From the NCBI GenBank assembly GCA_964016885.1, contig OZ024749.1, positions 32,984,001 to 33,048,000 on the forward strand: 64,000 nt of DNA, read 5' to 3'. The notes beneath the pieces were generated by a model. The model saw only the letters and a list, made by a program, of their open reading frames with translations. It had not been told where the DNA came from and did not search any database. Shown here one piece after another: positions 1 through 12,085 of this stretch. This DNA comes from Eledone cirrhosa. Its lineage: Eukaryota. Made by a program: the position numbers and the translations under genes. Numbering within the stretch: position 1 is the first letter of the stretch; each line of letters begins with the position of its first letter.

Positions 1-655
1 GGGTTAAGACTTGGATATGAAATGGGATCAGTTTTCATCCAAATAAAGGCTCACCTAAAGATTAACCCTTGTTTATAGCAACCTGACCTACTTAAATTAA
101 AATCTTTATTAAAAATTATTTTATAAGAACCATCTGTTAAATGTTAAGTTAATATGTTAGTATTGAAATAATTAGTAATTTTAGTAAATCCCTCAACATT
201 CTTCATTAATTAATTGAAATAGAGTGTATTTCTTTAGAAATACAGTCACGAAAGGGTTAAATATGTGTTCCATTTGCTGTACCAAACATTTACACTTAAA
301 AGGCTTATACTAATAAAAAAAAAAGATTGTAGCTCACATCTATACAGGCTTAGATAGCCTCTTGCAACGTTGCATCTCATAGAAGGTTTCTTGGGTACTT
401 ACTTTATTGATAGAGGACCCCAGTGTTTTTACAGCTCATACATAGCTATGTAGGCTTAGCTGGCCTCTTACAAGGTTGTATCTCATCACAGGTTTCTTAG
501 GTACTTTAGTGATAGAAATTGCAGTCTTATAATGAATGAATTAACTAATTAATTGAAATAGTGTATTTCCTTAGAAATAGTGTAGACTTAACCAGCTTTT
601 TATCCTATCTGGAAGGTTTATAAGGTTGATAACAGATTTATTTATTTTCATTTAG

Positions 656-855
656 GGAATCTGACCCTTCAGTTGAAGATCTTGATCTAAGTGATTATTC
701 AGAAGACGAAGAAGATGACGATGATGATGATGATGAAGATTATGGCAGCAGGCGTCGCTCAACCCGTTCATCAACCAGACAGAATACCCGTGCCAGTCAA
801 AAATCATCTAGAATTAACACTCGGAGGAGCCGGCGACGTAACTTTGATGACTTTG
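656..855 (+). CDS. Penultimate coding exon of an acidic/basic nuclear protein (RSF1-like, tentative); gene begins upstream of the window
   Basis: tttag acceptor (654-655) and GTAAG donor (856). Reads ESDPSVEDLDLSDYSEDEEDDD...RRSRRRNFDDF; the phase-1 end joins the 1819 exon in frame. Confidence 0.8.
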
Positions 856-1532
856 GTAAGGAAACAAACACCCATTTTTTTTTAACTAGTCCCACCTCCT
901 CCTTTACAATGTTTTTGAAGAGTCCTCTTACCCTATGTTGTTAAAAAAATATATATATCTGTAGTTTTTAGTTTTATCAAGGACAAGAGAAGATCTCTAG
1001 TACTAGTGCCACTATAATATGCACCCAGTATACTCTGTAAAATAATTGATGGTCGAATGTAGACAAGGTAGATGGAAAGCGACTTTAGTCTTGTCAAGGA
1101 TACAACAATCTCATTAGTACTGCACTATTAGAACTCCAATACAATTTCTCATTATTAGTGTCTAATGTTATGTCAAGGGAATGAACTCAACAACTGAACA
1201 CTAAGCAGAAGTTATTCCTACTTGCTTGACATACATTATACATGGGCTTCTTTACAAAAACATACAAAGGACGTCAATTTTTAACCCTTTTGGTACTAAA
1301 CCACCTTAGCCACCCTCATTTTATGAAATAAAACTGCCCATTTAAAAATATATATATTTATATTAAAATCTGCCATTATAATTTTATCTAAGGAATATTT
1401 AAGTAATGTTCAAACATCAGCTTACTAATATTAACCCTTTATCGGTTACATTACTCTATAGTTACTATTATATTTTCATGGTAAACGCTTTACCTTACAT
1501 GATTATCCCACATAATATCTAATCTATGAAAT

Positions 1533-1680
1533 TTGGTACAACAGTGGTTGTCATAGTGACATGTGGGAGGCTGACAGTGAGATGGTACAACAGTGGTTGT
1601 CATAGTGACATGTTGTGGGAGGCTGACAGCGAGATTGTACAACAGTGGTTGTCATAGTGACACATAGGAGATTGACTGAG
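1533..1680. repeat. Intronic tandem repeat, ~50 bp x3
   Basis: gtacaacagtggttgtcatagtgacatgtgggaggctgacag repeated three times. Confidence 0.85.
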
Positions 1681-1818
1681 GTAATATGACAGTGGCTAGA
1701 GTCCAAAAGTGTCCATTATATATTTATTTGTGAATATATTTTCATCTTTTTTATTTTATATTCATATTTAATTACTTTTGATTTTTATTTATTAAAATTT
1801 TTTAAAAATTTATTTCAG

Positions 1819-4800
1819 TCGTTGATGACGATTATGACACCGATGACAGTGGAAATTACCGCAGGTCCACAAGGGCTTCGGTTAAGCGGAAAGTAAATTA
1901 CCGTGAGAAATTCAGTGACGAGGAGGAGGAAATGACACCATCGGAGGAGAGCGAGGCAAACAGCGAAGATTTCTCTGACCTTGCATCTGACGACAGCGTG
2001 AAGCCAAACAAGAAATTGAAACTAAAACTGGAGAAAAAGAAACTCAAGAAGTCGAAGCGGGTGATCCGCAAGAACTTCTCTGATGACGACGACGACGATG
2101 AAGGGAAGGAGAAAGCAGCTGATAAAACAGAAGAGGATGAGGAAGACATCGGTGACGATAGAAGTAGTAAGAAGAGGAGGAGGAAAAGCCAGCAGCAACT
2201 TTTATCTTCTCAAGATGATAACAGTGCTGAGAGCGATGATGAGTTGAAGAGCAAAAAGAAGATTGGTAGGAAGAGGCGACTGGCCGTTAGTGACAGCGAT
2301 TCTTCTGCTTCATCTTCTTCGAGCACTCGCTCACAGACACGCATCCGACGCTCTCACCGCTCTTCAACGCTGAAAGTGAATTTTAAGAAGCTGCTAGATT
2401 CAGATTCCGAAGAAGATTCTGGAAACATTGAGCGAAAATACATTCTCAGCAAACTTAAAAAGAACACTATTGTCTCCGACTCAGATTCCATCGCATCTGA
2501 TGATAAGTCAAGTATAAAGAACGATGATGACGAGGATGGTGGTGATCGTAAAATAGATAAGAACAGTAACAAAATGGATATTGATGAAGAAGATGGTGGT
2601 GATGCGGGAATGGAGGAGAAAAAAAATAGCAAGCTTGTCGGTTCAGTTATGAAACCTGCAGCAGTAGAAGCATCAACATTAGTACCACTGACACCAACTA
2701 CAACAGTAGATCCAACAACGGCTACACCACCAGTCACAACAGCAGCAGCACAGCCAACAACTGCACCAACAAAAACGACAGCACCAGCTTTGGAAACAAC
2801 AGCAGCACCTATAAAATCTGCAGAAATTCCAGAAAAAACAGTTGCAGCAGCAGCAGCTACAAAATCTTATTTGGTAATACCTGAAAAACCTGCTACAGCA
2901 GTACTGGCAGAAAAAAAAGCAGCTATATCAGGAAAACCTGATACAGCAAAGTCTGCGAAAACTGATACAACAGCAGCTCTTTCAATAACTGCTAAAGCAG
3001 TATCTTTGAAAACTGATACAGCAAAAACAGTTATTACAAAAACTGATCCAGTGGCATCTGCAAAAACTGATATCATGTCATCAGCAAAAACTGGGATGGC
3101 AGCATCTGTAAAACCTGCCACAGAATCACCAGCACACAGTGCTAAAGTAGCATCTGTGAGAACTGATATAACAGCACCTGCAAAAGCTACCAAAACAACA
3201 CTTCCAGAAACTGATTCACCAATCCCTGCAAAAACTGCGAAAATAACACTTTCAGAAACTGATACAGTAGCAACAATAAAAACCGATAAAGCAACACCAG
3301 TAAAAACTGATAAACCAGCGTATACAAAAACTGATATAGTAGCAACAGAAAAAACTGCAAAAACTGAAACATTAGTTAAAACTGATGAAACTGTGCCTGG
3401 AAAAACTGATGCAGCATTACCAGTGAAAACTGATAAAACAGTAAAAGCTGGAACAGCAATACCAGTAATAACAGATAAAGCAGCAACTTCAAAAACTGCT
3501 ACACCAATGGTAAAAACAGATAAAGTGTCACCTTTAAAAACCGATACACCAATGAAAAAAACAGATAAAGCAGCACTTTTTAAAACTGATACACCAATGG
3601 AAAAAACAGATAAAGTAGCACCTTCAAAAACTGAGGCATTGATGGTAAGAACAGATAAGGAAACATCACAGAAAACAGATACACCAATGGTAAAAACAGA
3701 TAAGGTAACTCTTCTGAAAACTGATACACCACCAGTAAAAACAGATAAGGTAACACCCCTGAAACCTGATGCACCAATGATAAAAACAGATAACGTAACA
3801 CTTCCGAAAACTGATACATCAAAGGTAAAAACAGATAAAGCAGCACCATCAATGGTAAAAACAGATAAACCAGCACTTTCAAAAACTGACACACCAATGG
3901 TAAAAACAGATAAAGCAGCACCTTCAAAAACTGAAACGGTAACCACTGTCAAAACAGATAAAGCACCACAAGTGAAAACAGATAAAACAACACCGGTAAA
4001 AACTGAAACAGTAGCAGCAGTAAAAACAGATAAAGTAGCAACAATAAAATGTGAGACAGTAGCAACTGTAAAAACTGATAAAGCAGCACCTGATGATAAG
4101 GGGACACCAGTAAAAACTGATAAAGCCACGCCATCAAAAACCGACACAGCAGTGACAGTAAAAACTGATAAAACAGCACCAGTAAAGCCTGATATGACAG
4201 CAACATCAAAAACTGATAACACAGCACCAGTAAAAACAGATGTAGCAACAACAAAAACCGATAAAGCTGCACATGTAAAAACAAATACGACAAAAACTGA
4301 AAAATCGACAACACAAAAAACAGATAAACCAACACCAGTAAAAACAGATACAACAAAAACCGATAAAGTGTCAATATTAAAAACGGATAAAGCAGCACCG
4401 ACAAAAGCAGATGCAACAAAAACTGATAAAGCAGCACCGGCAAAAACAGATATCTCAAAAACAGACAAAGCACCACCAGCAAAAACAGATGCACCAAAAA
4501 CAGACAAAGCAGCATCAGCAAAAACAGATACAACAAAAACCGATAAAGTGTCTACATTAAAAACAGATAAAGCAACACCAGCAAAAACAGATACAACAAA
4601 AACCGATAAAGTGTCTACATTAAAAACAGATAAAGCAACACCAGCAAAAACAGATACAACAAAAACAAGTGCACCAGCTTCGAAAACAACTGCTGCTGCA
4701 TCTACCAAAACTGATACAGCATCAAAAACTGCAGTAGCACCATCTTCAAAAACAGCTGCATCATCACCTGTAAAAACTCCTATAGCTGCCCCAGCAAAAT

Positions 4801-5213
4801 CAGCAGCAGCAGAAGCAGAAGCAGCAGCAGGAGCAGCAAAACCAGCTCCTTTTTCATTAGCAGCAAAGAAAGCAGCAGCGGCAGCGGTGTCAGCAGAAGG
4901 GACCAAATCAGCAGCAGCAGCAACAACAGCGTCAACAGCAAAAGTAGCAGCAGTGTCATCATCATCATCAGCAACAACAAAAACAACTGCAGCAGTGAAA
5001 ACGCAAGCAAAAACCCCTGTAACAGCAGCAGCAGCAGCAACAACAACAACCAGTTCCTCCTCGCCTGCCAACATTAAGAGCAGCAGTAGTAGCAGCAGTA
5101 CTGCAGTGAAGAGCTCCAACCTCACCACACCCAATGTCACATCTAAGACCAACACCACCCCGAGCAGTAAACCCTCTACCACCACCAACACCACATCAGT
5201 CACTTCCTCCAAT

Positions 5214-5247
<34 letters not shown>

Positions 5248-5618
5248 GCACATCGTCCAGTGAAACAAAAGTTTCAAACACAGAGGTCCGACAGAGCAGC
5301 AGCAGCAGTAACACGACCAGCAGCAGCAGCAGCGGCACCACCACCACCACCACGACCAGTAGTAGCAGCAGCAGCAGCAGCAGTGGGGTGAGCAACAGTA
5401 GTGGTTCGTTTAGTCAAATGAATGGTCATGACAATCAGAAGGCCGACCATAAGGACAGGCTTTTGGAGAAGGCAGACACTCGGACTATCCCTGTTGACCA
5501 GCAGCGGGAAGACAGCTTAGGCAGCAGTCGAGATCGAGATGACCCGACATTGCATGCGGTTGGGAGCTCTGCCAGCCGGTCTGGACCTCAGGTAGCCAAC
5601 GTTCTAAAACAGCCCTAA
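1819..5618 (+). CDS. Large terminal coding exon: acidic/Arg-Lys/Ser-rich region, then a long (K)TDK/Ala/Thr/Pro repeat domain; RSF1-like C-terminus (tentative)
   Basis: tttcag acceptor at 1817-1818, in frame with ORF 1932-5618. Motifs RRSTRASVKRKVNYREKFSDEEEE, RKRRLAVSDSDS and KVNFKKLLDSDSEE resemble chromatin-remodeller tails. TAA at 5616-5618, then an A-rich 3'UTR with AATAAA near 6586. Identity is inference. Confidence 0.75.
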
Positions 5619-6749
5619 AAAAAAAAAAAAGACAAAACAAACAAAAAAAAAAATTACAAACAAAACAAAACAAAACAAAACAAAACAAAACAAAAACAAA
5701 CAAAACAAATAAAAAAAATTAACTAAAATAAAAAAAAAAAGAAAAAAGTAAAGCTTTCATCTGTATCAATTGTATCAATCACCAATCACGAAATCACCTA
5801 GCTATGCTGCCCCGCTGTCTCTGTCTTTACACAAAACAAAAGAAAAAAAATTTTCTTAACGACTGGTTTCTTGGTTATTTGTATTATTTTAAAAAGACAT
5901 TTTTTTTGTCTCTCTATCTTTCTATCTTTCTTCTGTAATATCTCATAGACTCTTGTATTTTATTTTATTTATAATTTTTTTCCCTTTAAAAAAAAAAAAA
6001 AAGACGATAACAAAACAAAACCAACAACATTCTGGTTCTCTCATTTTTTTCCTCTTTCTTTCTTTACTTGTGCCACTTTAAATTTCCTGACCTAACTCTC
6101 TCCATTCCTCGCCCTTCTTATTCCTCTTTTTCCTTTTTTCCCCCAACCATTTCTCTCCTTATCTGTTGTTGTTTTTGTTTATCTACCTTTATTGTCCCCA
6201 TCTCCCCACACCCCTTCGCTATTACAACTACTACTACCACCATCTGTTTGTCTATAAAACTCCCTCCCCCTCTTCACCAACCTACTTCCAAGACTCATTT
6301 TTTTTCATACAACATGACTGGGGTAATATAGTTTAATGGACTGTGGATCTGCTGTTGTTTTGTGTCTAAAGATAGCCATACCAACATCACACGTAACCTC
6401 CATAAACATACATACATATACATACATACATATCTATACATGCATACATACATACATATCTATACATATATACATAGGACCCAGTTCTTTGATTTCCTTT
6501 TTTTTTTCTGTTATTGATCAGTCATATCAACAAGCAATTATCAAATTAATGTTTAAAATAATAACAACAATAATAATAATAAAAAATAAATAAATAAATC
6601 TATGTAATTATTTAAATAAACAAACCAACAAACAAACAAACAACACAGCCCCAGATTTTATCTCTTAAATCCTTCGCTATTTCTAGATTGTCATCTTGGT
6701 TATTATTTTTATTATTATTTGCTTTTCTAGGCTGGTGAAATGTTAATAT

Positions 6750-6920
6750 TTAGATAGGCAGTATTAGTGGAGCGTCAGAAAACATGCTTCATGGCATAGA
6801 GTTACGGCTCTTTACGATCTGAGTTCAAATCCTGCTGAGATTAACTTTGCCTTTCATCCTTACGGGGGTCGATTTAATCGTCTTCCCCTTCCTCAAAATT
6901 GTTGGCCTTGTGTCTAAATC
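6750..6920 (+). mobile_element. tRNA-headed SINE, group B (MetaSINE-like core), degenerate
   Basis: gagttcaaatcc B box followed by ttaactttgcctttcatccttacggggg; matches many copies in the window. Confidence 0.75.
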
Positions 6921-6944
6921 AAACTAATATTTTGTTCTTCCAAA

Positions 6945-7150
6945 TTGGATCAGAGATTTAGGGTCCTCTCTCCTCCACTTCCTCCAGTGTGGTCTATATG
7001 ACTGGATCATGGATTTAAGGTCCTCTCTCCCCAATATGGTTTATATGACTGGATCATGGATTTAGGGTCCTCTCTCCCCAATATGGTGTATATGACTCAA
7101 TCATGATTTAGGGATCCCTCCTCCCCTCCCAAAAAAGGTGTATATGACTA
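6945..7150. repeat. Minisatellite, ~47 bp x ~4
   Basis: tatatgactggatcatggatttagggtcctctctcccc repeated. Confidence 0.8.
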
Positions 7151-7177
7151 GATGCTTCATTATATACTGTATATATT

Positions 7178-7490
7178 CATGGCTTAGGGGTTTATGTATT
7201 TGGGCTCACTATTGTAAGGTTGTAGGTTCAATTCCTGCTGGTGTGTTGAGCCCTTGAGCAAGACACTTTATTTCATGTTACTTCAGTCAACTCAGCTGGC
7301 AAAAGTAAGTTGTTCCTGTAATTCAAAGGAACTAGCCTTGACACATACTCTAATATTGAATCTCCCTGGGAATTTATATTAAGGGTACACATGTGTCGAA
7401 TGCTCAGCCACTTGTTCATTAATTTCACAAGCAGGCCGTTCCATTGCTTAAACAACTGAAATGCTTATCATTAGAACCAATGGAGCTCCA
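7178..7490 (+). mobile_element. tRNA-headed CORE-type SINE, group A variant
   Basis: tggcttag A box, ggttcaattcc B box, ccttgagcaagacactttatttca CORE-like segment; homologous to 31203-31510. Confidence 0.75.
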
Positions 7491-7589
7491 ATACACACAC
7501 ACACACATACACACACAAACACACAAACACACAAACACACATGTATGTATGTATTTATATATGTATGAATGTATATGTATGTATATTTT

Positions 7590-7934
7590 TTTTGTGGGGC
7601 AAGAGGCTCCTGGTCTTCATTAAGACTTCTCCCTAGGAGAAGGTAAAACTGGTATAAAACCTGCGACTTGATTTGCATCCAAAGATGTAGACCAGTTCTT
7701 CTTTTTGGGCAAAATCCATTCGATGTTCAGAGTGGGATTGACCCCGTACAAAGCCTTTTCTCTCTTAAAAAAAAGCTTCAAGCACAGGCATTGTTAGATG
7801 TGACATTTTTTGGGATGCATACTATTGCTGACATTATTGCAGTCAAGTGCCTAGTAGGACAAAAGGGCCACGACTAATGCACATGCTTAAGTATCAAGCG
7901 AAGGCATTACTTGAGATTGAGTTGCAGTCTTCGT

Positions 7935-7935
<1 letters not shown>
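7590..7935 (+). mobile_element. Interspersed repeat, possibly an RTE 5'-derived non-autonomous element
   Basis: 7650-7790 is the reverse complement of 53262-53398, with a diverged copy at 53515-53720. Confidence 0.6.
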
Positions 7936-7997
<62 letters not shown>

Positions 7998-8335
7998 CAT
8001 ATATATGTATATGTATGTGTATATATATATACATATGTATATATATATATATGTGTATATATATATATGTGTATATATGTATGTGTATGTGTATATATAT
8101 ATGTGTATATATATATATGTGTATATATGTATGTGTATGTGTATATATGTATGTGTATATATATATATGTATGTGTATATATATATATGTATGTGTATAT
8201 ATATATATGTATGTATATATGTATGTGTATATATGTATGTGTATATATATATACATATATATATGTATGTGTATATATGTATGTGTATATATATATACAT
8301 ATGTATATATACATGTGTATATATATATGTATGTG

Positions 8336-8380
<45 letters not shown>

Positions 8381-8697
8381 GTATGTATATGTATATATAA
8401 GTATATGTATATATATGTATGTATATGTATATATAAATATAAGTATATGTATATATATATATATGTATATCCAAAATTAAATTAAGGGTGTCATGTCCGA
8501 GAGACATGCGTCATATATATATATGTATATGTATACGTATATATGTATAGGTGTGTATATATGTATCATCATCATTTTACGTCCGCTTTTAAAATGATGA
8601 TGATGATACATATATATGTAAATATATGTGTGTATATATATATATATGTGTGTGTGTAAACCACGAAAAACATGGGCGTAGGTGGAGATATGTATAC

Positions 8698-8749
<52 letters not shown>

Positions 8750-8921
8750 ATATACATATATATACATATATATATACATATACATATATATACATATATA
8801 TATACATATACATATATATACATATATATATACATATATATACATATATATATACATATATATACATATATATACATATATATATATACATATACATATA
8901 TATATATATATACACATATAC

Positions 8922-8980
<59 letters not shown>

Positions 8981-9007
8981 CATACATATATATATATATA
9001 TACATAC

Positions 9008-9124
<117 letters not shown>

Positions 9125-9127
9125 CAC

Positions 9128-9246
<119 letters not shown>

Positions 9247-9247
9247 T

Positions 9248-9493
9248 ATCATCATCATCATCATCGTTTAACGTCACTGTTCCATGCTTGCATGGGTTTG
9301 GACGGGGGTTTTCCCACTTGAGGCAAGAGTGGTTGTCTTGCTCGCATAGGACTGTCTGGCAGGTTTTCTACAGCTGGATGCCCTTCCTAACACCAACCAC
9401 ATTTACAGTGTGGGGCTGGGAGGTTTTTACCGTGTTGCCTACACGGCCACATTACAGCGTGGACTGTCTGGCGTGTTTTCTACAGCTGGATGT
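9248..9493 (-). mobile_element. 5'-truncated RTE LINE 3'UTR (family of 29335-29976)
   Basis: Reverse complement of 29770-29975, including ggaagggcatccagctgtagaaa and a (GAT)n tail. Confidence 0.8.
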
Positions 9494-9502
9494 ATACATA
9501 TA

Positions 9503-9775
<273 letters not shown>

Positions 9776-9829
9776 CGTTTCTGAATTTGTTTAGCAAGAT
9801 TCTTTATCTGAAATCGTGTGTTGAAACCG

Positions 9830-10076
9830 ATATTGTTATACTTTGGGAGGGTCATGTTGCCAATAAGAAACACACGCACCAGTTGCTTTCACTTCAATTT
9901 ATTATAATTGAGGAGGTCACAGAGTGTGTGACGATAGAGCTATGACTATATATAAACAACTATCTGGTTGTGGAACCAACCAACCAACCAGAAATTTATA
10001 AATTTATTATAATAAATTGAAGTGAAAGCAACTGGTGCGTGTGTTTCTTATTGGCAACATGACCCTCCCAAAGTAT

Positions 10077-10082
<6 letters not shown>
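9830..10082. repeat. Inverted repeat, ~78-bp arms, embedded in (TA)n
   Basis: 9830-9908 is the reverse complement of ~10005-10082. Confidence 0.85.
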
Positions 10083-10131
<49 letters not shown>

Positions 10132-10134
10132 TAC

Positions 10135-10179
<45 letters not shown>

Positions 10180-10226
10180 TACATATATATATATACATAT
10201 ATATATATATACATATATATATATAT

Positions 10227-10568
10227 GTAGGCACATGGCTTAGTGGTTAGAGCATTGGCCTTGCAATCGAAAGGTTGTGAGTTCAATTCTCAGACCGGGT
10301 GATGTGTTGTTTCCTTGAGCAAGACACTTTATTTCACATTGCTACAGTTTACTCAGCTGTAGAAATGAGACTGGGGTCCATATCATTCCACTGGAAAGTG
10401 GTTGTGGAGGTGCCACGGAAAAAAAGCACCCAGCACTCACTGTAAATGAGGTTGGTGTTAGGAAGGGCATCCAGCTGTAGAAATCAAGCCAGAATCAGTT
10501 CCCGTCTCCCCCTTGCAAGCAGGGAAAAAGCGGACGTAAAATGAAATGATGATGATGATGATGATGAT
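10227..10568 (+). mobile_element. Full-length CORE-type SINE with RTE-derived 3' tail
   Basis: tggcttagtggttagagc A box, gagttcaattc B box, CORE-like segment, tail cccttgcaagcagggaaaaagcggacgtaaaa(tga)n. Confidence 0.9.
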
Positions 10569-10680
10569 ACATATATATATATATACATATATATATATAC
10601 ATATACATATATACACCCATATATATACACATATATATATATACATATACATATATATATATACACACATATATATACAC

Positions 10681-10727
<47 letters not shown>

Positions 10728-10854
10728 AAAGTTCTATTTAAAATTGTTGGGATACAACAAGTACATATTTTATAACTGATATAAAGCACTCAACAAGTTT
10801 TTGGAGTAGATATACAATATTAATAAATGGAAACTATATTTATAAAACCATATT

Positions 10855-10919
10855 TATTTCATTATACATATTTCAGGGATACCAAATTAAAATATGGTAT
10901 GCCTTCATCAGACAAAATA
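10855..10919 (-). ncRNA. Type I hammerhead ribozyme (mirror copy)
   Basis: Reverse complement of 11049-11113. Confidence 0.75.
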
Positions 10920-11048
10920 CAATATATAAACAGTTTTATAAATAATTTTGACGTACCCTATTAGATGCAACCATTATTTTTGGAAGCTAAATAATGGTTG
11001 CATCTAATAGGGTACGTCAAAATTATTTATAAAACTGTTTATATATTG

Positions 11049-11113
11049 TATTTTGTCTGATGAAGGCATACCATATTTTAATTTGGTATCCCTGAAATAT
11101 GTATAATGAAATA
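11049..11113 (+). ncRNA. Type I hammerhead ribozyme
   Basis: Stem I tattttgt/atgaaata, CTGATGA, stem II aggcatacca/tggtatccct, GAAA, minimal stem III T-atgt-A, AUA cleavage triplet. Confidence 0.75.
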
Positions 11114-11164
11114 AATATGGTTTTATAAATATAGTTTCCATTTATTAATATCGTATATATATAT

Positions 11165-11955
11165 GCACACAATGCAGGTCCTGGGTACACAAGAGATGTA
11201 GCGGGATAGCAGGCAAACTAACAGGTAGGGAGAAATATGTATGCAGTAGATGTACAGGGAAATTAGACAGTAGAAGTCGCACTGATAGACACATTTTTCA
11301 AATGCGAGAGGGCGCTATAGAAGTGGTGGATAGCTTCCGGTACCTAGGAGATCAGATTAGCATGGGAGGAGGGTGTTCCGAGGCCATAGTATCTAGAATA
11401 AGGACGGGTTGGAAGAAGTTTAGGGAGCTGCTTCCTCTGTTGACGAAGAAGGGTTTCTCCCTGCGTACGAAAGGCCGGTTGTATGATGCCTGTGTGAGGA
11501 GCGCGATGCTGCATGGTAGTGAGACATGGGCAGCAACCGCAGAGGATATGCGACGGCTGGAGAGAAATGAGGCAAGCATGCTCCGTTGGATGTGCAGTGT
11601 AAATGTGCGTGAACGACCCAGCATAAATGTGTTGAGAGAGAAACTATGTCTGAGAGGGATAGAATGTAGTGTACGGGAGAGGAGACTGAGGTGGTATGGA
11701 CATGTGATGCGCATGGAGGATGACCGATGGGTGAAGAAGTGCCAGGAATTGCCAGTTGAAGGAAGACGTGGTAGAGGTAGACCACGAAAAACATGGGCGG
11801 AGGTGGTGAGAACAGACCTCAGATCATTGAAGCTCACGGTAGAGATGACGAGGGACCGTGACGAGTGGAAAGATGCTGTGCTGAATAAGACCCGTCCCAC
11901 CCTTGCAAGCAGGGAAAAACGGACGTAAAATGATGATGATGATGATGATGATGAT
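11165..11955 (+). mobile_element. 5'-truncated RTE-clade LINE (ORF C-terminus and tail)
   Basis: [34 protein letters not shown] motifs; (GAT)n tail; near-identical to 13738-14480. Confidence 0.95.
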
Positions 11956-11979
11956 GGATATATATATATATATATATAC

Positions 11980-12016
<37 letters not shown>

Positions 12017-12025
12017 CAGATATAT

Positions 12026-12084
<59 letters not shown>

Positions 12085-12085
<1 letters not shown>

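Larger units (their letters stand above)
10724..11158. mobile_element. Penelope-like non-coding element with inverted ~170-bp arms, each carrying a hammerhead
   Basis: Near-perfect inverted repeat centred at ~10985; same family at 21590-21888 and 57583-57700. Confidence 0.7.

Noticed and set aside
691-885. 64-aa ORF from the track
   Set aside because: Wrong frame; the real exon (656-855) reads in the acidic frame
2867-5395. 842-aa minus-strand ORF
   Set aside because: Antisense shadow of the repetitive + strand exon
10227-10300. tRNA-like sequences at SINE heads
   Set aside because: No full cloverleaf; they continue into SINE bodies
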